64,000 bases of DNA from Selaginella moellendorffii (GCF_000143415.4 NW_003314351.1:585243-649242), one strand, 5' to 3'; shown: positions 14,592 to 27,800, counted from the first letter of the stretch. The notes: generated from the sequence alone by a model not told the origin. Numbers and translations: made by a program.

Positions 14592-16140
14592 CAGCTACGG
14601 ACCAGCCTATTTGCCACTCATAGCAAACCCAGAGAAGGTTTGCTTTCACCCATGGTACATGGAACAACTCATGGAACCACTAGAACAACTTATGGAACCA
14701 CTGATAGGCTAACATTAATCCTGCCAACTCAAAGCGTAAGCTCGAGTTGCTAATGTGCCTCACTCACGAGCCCAAGCTCAAACTCGTGTGAACGGAACAA
14801 CTTAATCCCTCTTATGAGCCCAAGCTCAAGCTCACATATAATGCGGTACAAAAAAGGTAACAAAAACCATACCCAAGGAACAATTGCGAGGTCTTTTGCA
14901 CCCAAACGTGTACCCACTCAGATCATCATTTTCATCTCTACGTATGCAATAAGACTAGTTGCCCAATCTCATTGGATAGTATTCACCGAGACCTTCCTCT
15001 GATACCAAATGTAGCGCATGTGGTTTTGACCCTTTATCCTATGGTGATTTACCATAGGATAACACCACGAAGCGGAACCTAAACCCTCTTTGTGCCACAT
15101 GACAGATGCCACATGTCACATGCCACGTGTCCATAGGAACCCGAGGTTCGGGGCCTTGGGCCACAGAACGAAAGAACGGTGCCAAACTCCCAAGCATGGA
15201 GCCAAGGAGTGATGGAACCGAACCACGGAGCAACTCCCGAGCATAAAGCCCAAGGAGCGAAGGGACAGGAGCCCGGAGTGACTTGGAACAGTCCTGGAGC
15301 AACTAGCATCCCAATGCTAGGACCAGCACACAAAATGGAGCCAAACGGAGTCTAGCGCTATTTCGGTATACCGGTGGCCTAACGCGAGGACATGGGTACT
15401 CCACCAGCTAGCATGGAATAGAACTTGGGCTTAGACCCAAGCCGGACGCAAAACAAGGACAGGCACGCAAACAGGAGCTAGACTATGCCTCAAGTTGGTC
15501 GGCCATGCCCGACCTACCCACTATCCCTACTATACATTTGGAACCCCCCCCCCCCCCCCCCCCTTGAGGAACACACGCTTTGGGCTTTCACCCCAAGCCT
15601 CCCTTAGTATTAGGAGTTAGTCTCTGGGACAAGCTCGAAACTTACTAAATATGGAATGGCACTAAATTCGAATTTGGACACGGGACGAACACCATTGTGT
15701 TTAGGCCGATCTATACATTCGGTAGACATGCCAAATAAGCAAATCTGGCCACTTTCCATAAATAGCATTTGGGACCGAAATGAGACCAACGCTAAGGGCA
15801 TTATAGTGAGGGTGTTTGGTAGACACGGTAAGCTATCATTTAGCGATATTGAGGGACCAATCTCAATATCACGGGGGTTCTTGATACTAGCAAATGCAAG
15901 CCAATGACAGGAGTTTCTCAAACCATGCCAAGTATGCTCAGCAAGAAACACATAGGGTTCCTACCTTAGGTTTATCCAATCTAAGTACACGGTCATTGAC
16001 CAGTTTCTCAACTAGCTCAAGTGGGAAATTAATAACGGGTCCAGCAATACCGACCTCCTGCCATCGTGGCAGTAAGGAAAGAATATCCGAAAGGACTAGC
16101 TGACAGGTAACTTTCAATACCCGAAGTCACATTCGCGACA
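14592..16140 (-). mobile_element. Remnant of another family-A element nested in B (5' LTR 15010-16140, PBS 14997-15007, short 5' internal part)
   Basis: Third LTR copy with PBS; at ~14591 the sequence jumps from the equivalent of A position ~21240 to ~18375, indicating a deletion that removed its 3' LTR. Confidence 0.75.
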
Positions 16141-17966
16141 CGCATCATACAAACTACATACTAAGGTTTAGGCTCACCGAAGTCAACTCTAACCCTTTCA
16201 CTAGTTTGTACTAGCTTACGAAAATGGAATGGTTTTCAAGCAAAGTGATCAACAAATCAGCAATTAGAAAAGCTAAAGAAAATTTGTGGAAAATTTTCCA
16301 TCTTAGAGAAACAATGACTCTTAGTCCAGAAAAACAAACTTCCAAAACTCAACCAACTTCCTCCTACACATAGGTTCACCTCAACACCAATTCTCATGAC
16401 CCATAGTATGCTTAACCTTCGAACATCTTTTTGCCCATACTTCCGACATCTAACTGTAAGCGACTAAATTTTCTGTTCTACTTTAGTGACTTAACCACAC
16501 CTCCGACCACTTGGAGGAGTCTCATTCACCACCTCCATAAGTCCAATTCAGGACTTGGGACTTCCTAGCCCCGAGAATGGCATCTATGCCACTCGACATT
16601 TGCACTTGGTCCAAGTGCTCCACGTGTCCGATCCCATGATCAACACCCCAAGGTATCACCGACATGGCAGCCTGTTACGCTAAGGCCATACCTATTCACN
16701 NNNNNNNNNNNNNNNNNNNNNNNNNNNNNNNNNNNNNNNNNNNNNNNNNNNNNNNNNNNNNNNNNNNNNNNNNNNNNNNNNNNNNNNNNNNNNNNNNNNT
16801 GAGATGGACCTGAGATAGTGTCGCGCATGTGACTTCGGGTATCGAAAGTTACCTGTCGACCTGTCCTTACGGACACTCTTACCTTACTGCCACGATGGCA
16901 GGAGGTCGGTATTGCTGGACCCGTTATCAGTCTCCGCCTAAGCTAGTTGAGAAACTGGTCTTCGCGTGTGCACTTGACCAGATGAGCATAAGGAAGGAAT
17001 TCCTAAGTGTCTATTTAGTCAAGCATACTTGACCTGGTTAGAGAAACTCATTCGTTGACTTGCACTTGCTAGTGTTGGGAACCCCCGTGATATTGAGCTT
17101 GGTCCCTCAATATCGCAAGATGATAGCTTACCGTGTCTGCCAAACACCCTCGCTATCATGCCCTTTGTGTTAGTCTCATTTTGGTCCCAAATGCTATTTA
17201 TGGAAAGTGTCCAGATTTGCTCATTTGGCATATCTACGGAATGTAGAGATCGTCCTGAACACAATGGTGTTCGTCCCATGTCCAAATTCGCAATCTAAGG
17301 ACATTCCATATTTAGTAAGTTTCGAGCTTGTCCCAGAGACTAACTCCTAATACTAAGGGAGGCTTGGGGTGAAAGCCCAAAGCGTGTGTTCCTCAAGGGG
17401 GGGCGGCTGTGGGGGGTTCCAAATGTATAGTAGGGATAGTGGGTAGGTCGGGCATGGCCGACCAACCTGAGGCATAGTCTAGCTCCCGCTTGCGTGCCTG
17501 TCCTTGTTCTGCGTCCGGCTTGGGTCTAAGCCCAAGTTCCATTCCATGCTAGTTGGTGGAGTACCCATATCCTCACGTTAGGCCACCGGTATGCCGAAAT
17601 AGCGCCAGACTCCGTTTGGCTCCGTTTTGCGTGCTAGTCCTGGCATTGGGATGCTGGTTGCTCCAGGACTGTTCCAAGTCGCTCCGGGCCCCTGTCCCTT
17701 CGCTCCTTGGGGCTTTATGCTCGGGAGTTGCTCCGTAGTATGGTTCCGTCACTCCTTGGCTCCATGCTTGGGAGTTTGGCACCGTTCCTTCGTTCAGTGG
17801 CCCAAGGCCCTGAACCTCGGGTTCCTATGGACACGTGGCATGGACACGTGGCATATGACACGTGGCATCTGTCACGTGGCACTAAGAGGGTTTAGGTTCC
17901 GCTTCGTGGTGTTATCCTATGGTAAATCACCATAGGATAAAGGGTAAAAACCACGTGCGCTACATT

Positions 17967-17977
17967 TGGTATCAGAG
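17967..17977 (+). promoter_or_regulatory. Primer binding site (tRNA-iMet) of element A
   Basis: TGGTATCAGAG two bases after the LTR terminal CA. Confidence 0.92.
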
Positions 17978-20900
17978 GATGAGTCTCAGCGAGTACTATT
18001 CAATGAGATTGGGCAACTAGTCTCGTTGCATACGCAGAGATGAAAACGATGATCCGAGTGGGTACACGTTTGGTGCAAAGGGTTCACATTCGTTCCTTGG
18101 GTATGGTTTTGGTTACCTTTTGTACCATATTCTGTGAGCTTGAGCTTGGGCTCACAAAAGAGATTGAGTTGTTCCGGTTACACGAGTTTACGCTTGGGCT
18201 CGTGAGTGAGGCACATTAGCAACTTAAGGTTACACTTTGAGTTGGCAGGATTAATGTTAGCCTCTCAGTGGTTCCATGAGTTGTTCTAGTGGTTCCATGA
18301 GTTGTTCCATGTACCGTGGGTAAGAGCAAACCTTCCCTGAGTTTGCTATGAGTGGCAAATAGGCTGGTCCGTAGCNNNNNNNNNNNNNNNNNNNNNNNNN
18401 NNNNNNNNNNNNNNNNNNNNNNNNNNNNNNNNNNNNNNNNNNNNNNNNNNNNNNNNNNNNNNNNNNNNNNNNNNNTATTGGTTCAAGTAATCATTGCTGT
18501 GCTCTCTTATAAACTTTCCTTGGATTGGACTGAAGGCAGTGCGAACGCAAGCTTGAAGTGGAGTCGAAGATGAGACCGAAAAGAGAGTCGTCGGGGACGA
18601 AGGATCAAACACGTAAATCATCTCTTCTTGGAGAGATGATTTGCAACGAGGTGTTAACTCATTGCTCGTGTTCACATCATGCAATCAAGAGTCCCTATCT
18701 TGATGCATGTTGGAGATGGTGGTCTTACAATGGTGAGTTGTGGGATGGATAGCGGTGAAGCGCTAAACCATTTTGTCTAGACTTGCTATTGGAAGACTTG
18801 AGTTGCAATGCTCAATTCTTTTCCGGGGAACCTTGCTATTGCTCCTTGAGTAGCTTGGTGTTGGATTAGTTTTGAGTTTGGTCAGAAAGAGAGTGGCATG
18901 AGCTTGTCCATGTTGTGAACAAAAGTTAGTGGTGTTAGGTGTTGTAAATCTCTATCAGTGGAGTGTGGCATTTATGTTGCATTTTGTTGAATTGAGTTGG
19001 CACTTGATATTCATATAAACCTTTGAAGTAATGACATAGGCATTACTCGTGGTGTTGCTCAATTGATGATCAAGTTGTTGTGATACTTATATCATATCCA
19101 TGTGATAGTGAGTAATGTGTTTACGAAGTTGCTTGGTTAAATGATGATCAACCCCAAAGTGGTTGATAGTGATGCTAGTCTACTTGCACGAAGTAGCATT
19201 GTAGTAGCTTTGACTGAATTCTCAATAATGGTCCATTATGCTAAGTTTAAGTTGGTATGTTGTTCCTTTGAGAGTTTGCCCATAAGGTGTTGGAAAAGGG
19301 TTGTAGCATTTATTTGCTATAACTTGTTGGTTGATCCGTTAGCACTTGGAATAGATTGTTGGATGGAGAAGATGTGTAGTTTGGGCATTGATATCACTAG
19401 CACTTGTGTTAGTAGAAGTGGCGTTGTTACTTCGAGTGATAAGGAATTTTCCTTAGAGCTTGATTTTCCATGTCATTTTTCTTGTTAGTGTTTTAGCTTC
19501 ACATTGGATCTTGAAAGTGGTTGAAGAAGAGTGTTAGTGCAATATGGATATCCAAAGATGTGGTCTTCGTGATCAAGCCTTGGATGTTCACTTTGCACTT
19601 TACGGATGTTGGTGTTGGATGTCGAAAGAATGGGCAGAAAGATGTTTGAGGCTTAAGCATACTATAGGTCATGAGAATTTGTGTTGAGGTGAACCTATGT
19701 GAAGTTGTTGGTAGGAGGAAGTTGGTTGAGTCTTGAAAGTTTGTATTTCTGGACTAAGAGTTATTCTTTCTCTAGGATGGAAAATTTTCCATAAATTTTC
19801 TTAGACTTTTCCAATGGCTGATCTGTTATCACTTTGCTCGAAAACCATTCCGTTTTCGTAAGCCAGTACAAACTAGTGAAGGGGTTGGAGTTAACTTCGG
19901 TTGGCTTACACCTTAGTAGGTAGTTTGTATGATGCAGCCCAAAAAGGATGCTAACTTTTGGGGCTAAGGCAATTGAGTTGGATAGAGTCTGGAGTTAGTG
20001 TAGAAAAGTGGCTGTTGCACTTTTCTAGAAAGGTGACCCTTGTGCCTTTCTTTTGTAGCGTTATGCTTGGTGGCAGGTTGCACTTTGCATTTTGTTAAGA
20101 CTCTATGAGAGTAGTGAGCTCTCACTGATCTTGACTTAGTCTTGGTAGCTTTGCACCTTGACTGAGAATAGTGATGTCCAACTTAGTTGTTTGAGTTTGA
20201 GATGTTGGTACCCATACTGTAGCTTTGTCTATGAGGAGGTTGTGTACCGATATGGATCCATCTCATGGTCTTCACTTTAGTTTCAGCTGAGTGTTGATCA
20301 TGCATAGCTAGCCTCTTCAAGGCATGCTCAGAGCTATTGGCTAAATGCTTTGGTGAGCTTATTGTGGTTGAGTTGGATTTGAGTGGTCATTTGGTTTGTG
20401 CTTGTTTATGAACTTTTATCTCATATTTGGGGTATTACATTCATGTTGGACAAGTGTGTAACTCAATGGCATGAGTTAGTGTTTGGGTCTTTTGAAAGGC
20501 AAAACAAGTGATTGTTGGTTGTTTTGCAACTAGTGATTGCTTGTAAACTTTGTCGAAAGACTATGACACTTGCTTCGCTCGATGAAAATTTAGCAGTGAT
20601 GGGTTTACTTTACCAGATGGTGTTGCGGAGGATCGTGTTGTTAAACTTACATGGGTTTTCCATGTTGGCATGTCGACTCTACCTCTGTTGATATCATTTG
20701 GTTGTGTTTAGTTTGTAGTGTTGGATTTCATTGAATCTTGGACGTGGTGATACACTCCTTGATGAAGTGTTATTTGTACCTGAGTAATGTTGAAGAACTA
20801 GTCTCGGATACTGACTAAAGTATCTTCGACTTTGGTTAGCTTGGTTGCAAGAGAGTTTTGAGTGGTGATTCACTCTTGCTTTCTTTTAGCTTTGTTCTGA

Positions 20901-22975
20901 TGTTGATGGCATTGAGGTGATGCCTTGTCATTGATATTATTGACGTTGAGATTCAAGTGAGATGAGATGTCTATCCTTAGGATTGATATTGCGTTTCATT
21001 AGTCTTGATGAAAATAGTGTTGATGATTTGGCTATGGCTTTGTGTTATTGGCATTCGTGCATTTGCTAGTTAGCAACTGTGTTGACGTTCAAATGAACTG
21101 AATAGCAAGTTGAGTTAATTGTGTTCTAGACGAGATTATTTAGTAGGGGTTGAGCTTCAGCTTTTCCTTGAAAAGTGATTTAGTCGTTGATAACACTAAC
21201 TTTACGAGATGAAGAGTTAGTGATTGATATTGGAATATTTGAATCCTTATTGGATTTGAGTTGGAATATATCGATCATTGATGATTTTTCTTGTGCTTGT
21301 TATGATGTGAGTTACGTCTTGTTATAGATGGATTCATGGAGGATCGTTTGGTGATCACTTGTTGAGCATAGTTTCATTATGCTTGGCTTTTGGATTGATG
21401 CAAATCTGCTCTTCATTAGCTTTGGCATTATGAAGTTTAGCTTATGGAAGTGTTGAAGAGAATATTGTGGGTTGTACCATGATTTCTTTTTAGCATTAAC
21501 GTTAGTTCATGCAAGACTCGTGATCATTATTAGGCAAGACTTGGCTATAGACTTCTTCAAAATTTTGGTTATTTGAGTTTTCATGCTCATTGTTCCATTT
21601 GTTAGGAGTTGTTGGGGGAAGGCATTTTGGCTTATTAACTTCGATGTTGACGTTAGTCTTTGCATCTAGCAATCATTGGTGATGATTGACTATCATCTCA
21701 GATAGTTGATTATCCTTATCAAAGGTTTTGCTTGATTATTGTTGGTATAGAATGATTTGCTATTCTTCGGGATAGTAAATTCTTTCTTCGATGATGATTA
21801 TGCATTTCTTTATTGATAGGATGATTGATGATCTTTCATGATGGTTAGTTGTTCTCTTTGATAGCTTTTGGCTTTTCGCAATACCACATGTTCTTTGTGG
21901 TTTGCTTTGGATTGGTCTCTTGGGTTTGAGACATCAGTAGGATGTTGCTAACACTTGCTTAGGCAACTTGAGTTCCTTGGTGTTGTTGGCTAGGATCTAT
22001 TCGGATTAGCTAGTGTGATAGTCGGCATAAACGAGTGTTTGTTGGTCTTGCCACATTCATTCTGTTTTGTTGATTACTACTCGAGTTAGTTCTGATAGGT
22101 TGGAATGTTATTTCCTTCAGGTGATACATTCGTGAGCATTGTGCTTGTCAGTCAATGATACTTTGTGTTCTTTGAGTTATCTTTTGTAAGTTGTTTAGCA
22201 TTCTGTCTGCAATCTTTAATAGTTAAACTTTATCATTGAGTTGTACTTAATGATATACTTGCTATTGAATTTTGTTTGATGGTGAATCCTATGTTTACCA
22301 ACTATGACGATCTTGGTGGTTCCTGCACTATAATACTAGTTTATCGGATGATAACTTGCTTGGAATACTTTTGTGTTCTAATCTAAGATAAATTCACTAA
22401 TAATTCAGTCTCTCAGATATCATTGTCTCTGACTTTGATAATGTTCATCTATGATCTTTGAGTTTGGGCCAGTAATAGGCAGACTGGCTTCGGCACTTCG
22501 TGTGCATGTTGAAATCTCTAGTCATGGGGTAGCTACTGTCGACTGGTCACATAACCCGCCTCTCTGTCGATGTTCCTTATTCCGTTAAAAGGGCGTGACC
22601 GTGTAAACAACTCTAACTGCCTGTTTACAGTAGTCTATCTAAACCTTACCGACGGGTTTGGTTTCTTTGCTCAGGAGGGTTGGGGCCTCTGGCTTCTCTC
22701 TCTATGTCTCTGCGGGCACGGCATATCACACTTTTGTAAGCTGGGTGACTCCCAGAGCAGCAAGGGTGGCTGACCCCATTGGTCATTTCCTTGTCGGCGA
22801 TGGCCGGAAGGTGTCTGAGCTGGTAGCGCATCCGCGTTAGACAAAGAGGTTACCCCTAACTCATTTAAGTTGGTGCATTTCTCACATAGTGTGAGTACCG
22901 TGAACTTTTTCTGGAGTTGTTTCCTTGGCGGTATTCTAGACTCGAGTGTGCATCGACGAGGACGTCGATCTTCCC

Positions 22976-22988
22976 AAGGGGGGGAGAG
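22976..22988 (+). promoter_or_regulatory. Polypurine tract of element A
   Basis: All-purine run (AA, G run, AGAG) immediately before the 3' LTR TG. Confidence 0.9.
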
Positions 22989-24134
22989 TGTCGCGCATGT
23001 GACTTCGGGTATCGAAAGTTACCTGTCGACCTGTCCTTACGGACACTCTTACCTTACTGCCACGATGGCAGGAGGTCGGTATTGCTGGACCCGTTATCAG
23101 TCTCTGCCTAAGCTAGTTGAGAAACTGGTCTTCGCGTGTGCACTTGACCAGATGAGCATAAGGAAGGAATTCCTAAGTGTCTATTTAGTCAAGCATACTT
23201 GACCTGGTTAGAGAAACTCATTCGTTGACTTGCACTTGCTAGTGTTGGGAACCCCCGTGATATTGAGCTTGGTCCCTCAATATCGCAAGATGATAGCTTA
23301 CCGTGTCTGCCAAACACCCTCGCTATCATGCCCTTTGTGTTAGTCTCATTTTGGTCCCAAATGCTATTTATGGAAAGTGTCCAGAATTGCTCATTTGGCA
23401 TATCTACGGAATGTAGAGATCGTCCTGAACACAATGGTGTTCGTCCCATGTCCAAATTCGCAATCTAAGGACATTCCATATTTAGTAAGTTTCGAGCTTG
23501 TCCCAGAGACTAACTCCTAATACTAAGGGAGGCTTGGGGTGAAAGCCCAAAGCGTGTGTTCCTCAAGGGGGGGCGGCTGTGGGGGGTTCCAAATGTATAG
23601 TAGGGATAGTGGGTAGGTCGGGCATGGCCGACCAACCTGAGGCATAGTCTAGCTCCCGCTTGCGTGCCTGTCCTTGTTCTGCGTCCGGCTTGGGTCTAAG
23701 CCCAAGTTCCATTCCATGCTAGTTGGTGGAGTACCCATATCCTCACGTTAGGCCACCGGTATGCCGAAATAGCGCCAGACTCCGTTTGGCTCCGTTTTGC
23801 GTGCTAGTCCTGGCATTGGGATGCTGGTTGCTCCAGGACTGTTCCAAGTCGCTCCGGGCCCCTGTCCCTTCGCTCCTTGGGGCTTTATGCTCAGGAGTTG
23901 CTCCGTGGTATGGTTCCGTCACTCCTTGGCTCCATGCTTGGGAGTTTGGCACCGTTCCTTCGTTCAGTGGCCCAAGGCCCTGAACCTCGGGTTCCTATGG
24001 ACACGTGGCATGGACACGTGGCATATGACACGTGGCATCTGTCACGTGGCACTAAGAGGGTTTAGGTTCCGCTTCGTGGTGTTATCCTATGGTAAATCAC
24101 CATAGGATAAAGGGTAAAAACCACGTGCGCTACA

Positions 24135-24827
24135 GTCTCGGTCCCGGATTCGGACTCGGTCTCGGTCTCAGTCTCGGTCTTGGTCTCGGTCTCGGTCCCG
24201 GTCTCGGTTCCAACTCGGACTCCGTCTCGGACTCCATCTCGGACTCCATCTCGGGTCCATCTCGGACTCCATCTCGGGTCCATCTCGGACTTCATCTCGG
24301 TCCATCTCGGACTGCATCTCGGACTCCATCTCGGGTCCATCTCGGACTCCGTCTCGGTCCATCTCGGACTCCGTCTCGGATCCATCTCGAACTCCATCTC
24401 GGACTCCATCTCGGGTCCATCTCAGACTCCGTCTCGGTCCATCTCGGACTCCATCTCGGACTCCGTCTCGGATCCATCTCGGACTCCATCTCGGGTCCAT
24501 CTCAGACTCCATCTCGGACTCCATCTCGGGTCTATCTCGGACTCCGTCTCGGTCCATCTCGGACTCCGTCTCGGATCCATCTTGGACTCCATCTCGGGTC
24601 CATCTCGGACTCCGTCTTGGTCCATCTCTGACTCCATCTCGGACTCCATCTCGGATCCATCTCGGACTCCATCTCGGATCCATCTCGGACTCCATCTCGG
24701 ATCCATCTCGGACTCCGTCTCGGTCCATCTCGGACTCCATCTCGGACTCCGTCTCGGATCCATCTCGGACTCCATCTCGGGTCCTTCTCGGACTCCATCT
24801 CGGGTCCATCTCAGACTTCATCTCGGT
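24135..24827. repeat. Minisatellite in family-C LTR (11-12 bp units GGACTCCATCTC/GGGTCCATCTC plus 6-bp units)
   Basis: Direct inspection; same array at 6117-6190, 29707-30662 (spans a gap), 34410-35032, 37270-37530, 54401-54490, 56425-56660. Confidence 0.95.
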
Positions 24828-27800
24828 CCTTTCAGGTCCCTTTTTAGAGCCTCGCTTATGGCTCACTTCGTGCTCATTCCTTGAGCACCTTGTTGGGAGT
24901 TCCACTTCCGCTCTCGACCTTTCAAGTCGGAGCTTTTAGTCCAAACGTGTTACGCTCGTTTGGCTTTCACTTTGGCCACTACCACGTGGCGCCCTTCCGG
25001 CACCACTTTGGGGCCTAGGGATTTTGTGTCTCACAACTCCACCACCCATAGATGAAGTTCGATGTCCTCATCGAACGGTAAACCATTTTATAAAGTAACA
25101 CCCGCATGTGTTACCATTTCCATCCTTGGCACCTAGCCAATATTTGTCAATGGTTTGACATTGAAGGCTCACCATGCCTTCTCCATATTCATCAATGGTT
25201 TTACATAGAAGGCTCACCATGCTTTTTGCATATTCCTCAAAGGAGGGTAGTCTCTCCAACTTAGAGATTGATTGGACCACATATAGTGGCTCTCTCCTTT
25301 TATTGGTTTATTTCTTGCTAAACCTCTTAGAGACCCTTCTCTAAGTCAATCCCACTACTCCTTCTCGAGTAGTCTCAATTTCCATCTATTGAACATTTGC
25401 ACCTTGGAACTTTTACTCTTTTGATTTTTGGAAGTCAATTTCCTAGGTGTCTCCAACACCTTGCATTGCACAGATTGTGCAACTCCACTTCCCCATCCTA
25501 GGAAGTTCGTTACTTGAGGGCACCATCCTCCTCTCTTCTATTTCGTGCCACCTTGGGCACTAAGTTCCATTTATCATACTTTGTGCTAGGGCTGTCCATG
25601 GCCCTATCATTTGGCTACCTTACCGCTCCCTCCCTTGGAGCTTCCATTTTCGCCAAATCGGAGCAATTCGGAATCCATCCTTGGAAACACACTTCCTTTC
25701 CCGCAATTTGTTAGCGTCTAACACATTAGTGTTCCTCGCCTAACTTTGCCACTTGGATTCCTTCCAAGGGATTCCACGGCCCTATCTTGGCCACTTATCT
25801 TTTGCTCCTATCTGTTGATTGTTGCACCAAGCAACACTGGATCTTTACCTCCCTCTTTGAGGTATTCTTTTGATTCCATAGCAAAGGCTCTGCTTTGCCA
25901 AGACTAGGGTGTTCACCCCTAGTAAGTCTCTTTAGCATCTTCTGCTGTGGCCTCTATCCACGCCCAACTTTGTGACCCTCCCATGGGTCTTTTTAGAGAC
26001 CACTTTCCTTGGACACACTATGCCATCGTAATGACATAGCTCATTTCCCTAATATGAGTGTCTTCATATTCCAAACCATCACCACGCCCTAGTGATTTGG
26101 GACTCGAACCCAAGCACTAGAGGGTCGGGACTCGAACCCAACCTCCGTATATGCATCTACGGACGGCATCACCCAGGATGCCTGGCATGACTCCCCACGT
26201 CGATGCACCAACCTATACTCAAAGCGTGCTATAGATCACAGCTTAGGAACCTAGTTCCTCCCCACTGCCAAATCCTCTCACTTGACAAGCCTGTGATCAT
26301 GCATGGACTCCTCCATGCTTGGCCCCATGGCCCACCCTTTTTGAAGTTATCACCTTCAACTAGGGTATTTGTTCCCCTGACTTGCCAATCTCGCTTTGGC
26401 AAGTCCTCGAACCACTGTAACATAGTTCCTGCACAAGCGTGAAAGCCCTTGATCATCGACTTTTGTTCAAAGCCCTCTCTTTGAACACTCGGGAATTACT
26501 TCCCTAACCTTGATAGCCTTGCCTCATGGCAAGCTTCAAGACCACGCTTCTACTACGCCACTCTGATTTCACGTGTTCCTTGAACTATTTACGCTTGGCC
26601 TTTCTAGGTACTAAGCTACCTAGAATCCTCTTTGGGAACCTTGAAGGAACTCTGTCCCTTAGCTTGCTAAGGCCTCCCTTTTTGCAAGCTTTCCAATTAC
26701 CATATAGTCTAACATGGACAATTCCATATTTTAGCCTCTCCATGGCATCACGGTTTCTAGCGGCAACACCCTCGAGCCCCTACTTGATTCTCCACTCCCA
26801 GCTGGCATAACCAACCTTGGTTATGCCCTTCGATTCCTATGGTTCGGTTCTATCCCCTTACTTCTTGCTTTTGGCTTCACACCTTTCCTTCGGTCATTCT
26901 CCTCCAGACCAGGAGGATAGCTTTGCACTTTCTATCATGCCTTAGCAAGTATTCTTAGGGATTAACCAACCCAATAGCCTAGGAAGTGGTTCCTCAATCC
27001 AGGTATGCTCACCCTATAATCCCACACACCGGGATTACGTTGTTGCCTACGGGCCTTTGCATGCCCATTGCTAGCCTTGCCAAAATTCCATTTTTGGCTT
27101 TGTCCAATTCGAGTAGACAGTCTTCTCCTGTCTCCGCCACTTTGGACATTTGGATAGCACCTACTATTCATCATTCGCTAGGGACTTAATCCCTTGGGCC
27201 TTATCTACTGCCCTCGCGACATCAAACACCACCTCTTGGTGTTCTAGAGTGTTCGGGTGTCCCAATGACGACTTCCTTGACAATGAGTATTTCCTTTTAT
27301 GACATTGACTTACTATATCGCAACATAAGCAACTTATGCCCCGTAAGGGTATATCCAACTTCCTTATGCCATTAAGAAGGCTTGAGTAGCTACCTTCTAC
27401 CCGTTTAACCAATTATTTTGCACCTCTTGCTTAGTTGCCTCGTACTTGTCAAGTCCTACAACTCATTGCTGGTGCTTCCACACCTCCATCATTATCTGGG
27501 TCACCACACTCCAATTGCATGCTCTGCAGCTTAGGCTATGCCATTCTCATTTCTATTGGGATTCCTTTGGCAAGGGGTTCTCATGAACCCACCAACATAA
27601 CCTCAAGGTATCACACCTTGGCACATTTGGTGTCTCCACACCATCGGCTTCACGAGCCTACCTCTATGACACTACTTATTAGTGTCTAGGTTTTGCCAAG
27701 GCCAATATAGTTGTTCCTCATGCTAACTATCCGTTAGCACCGCACCATAGTGTTTGCACCCAACTCTGGGCCAAAGTTGTTTTCTTTTGGGAACATCTTT

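Larger units (their letters stand above)
16819..24134 (+). mobile_element. Young non-autonomous LTR element A (LARD-like); LTRs 16819-17964 and 22989-24134
   Basis: Two 1146-bp TG..CA LTRs differing at about 4 positions that I could see; PBS TGGTATCAGAG 17967-17977; PPT 22976-22988; ~5-kb T/G-skewed interior with no long ORF. Confidence 0.93.

Noticed and set aside
16800-16818. TSD for element A
   Set aside because: Left flank (GATAG) does not match right flank (GTCTC), and the 19 bp next to the gap are minisatellite in the opposite orientation; probably an assembly join from another locus, so no TSD is claimed.
24135-24827. CRISPR-like appearance of the repeat arrays and of the 22-bp palindromes
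   Set aside because: No unique spacers of regular length and no cas genes; eukaryotic TE context.
24062-24905. Long overlapping ORFs (up to 434-437 aa here and at 29407-30775, 33958-35314, 36995-37592)
   Set aside because: They are translations of the stop-free LTR minisatellite and/or N runs, open in several frames on both strands; not genes.
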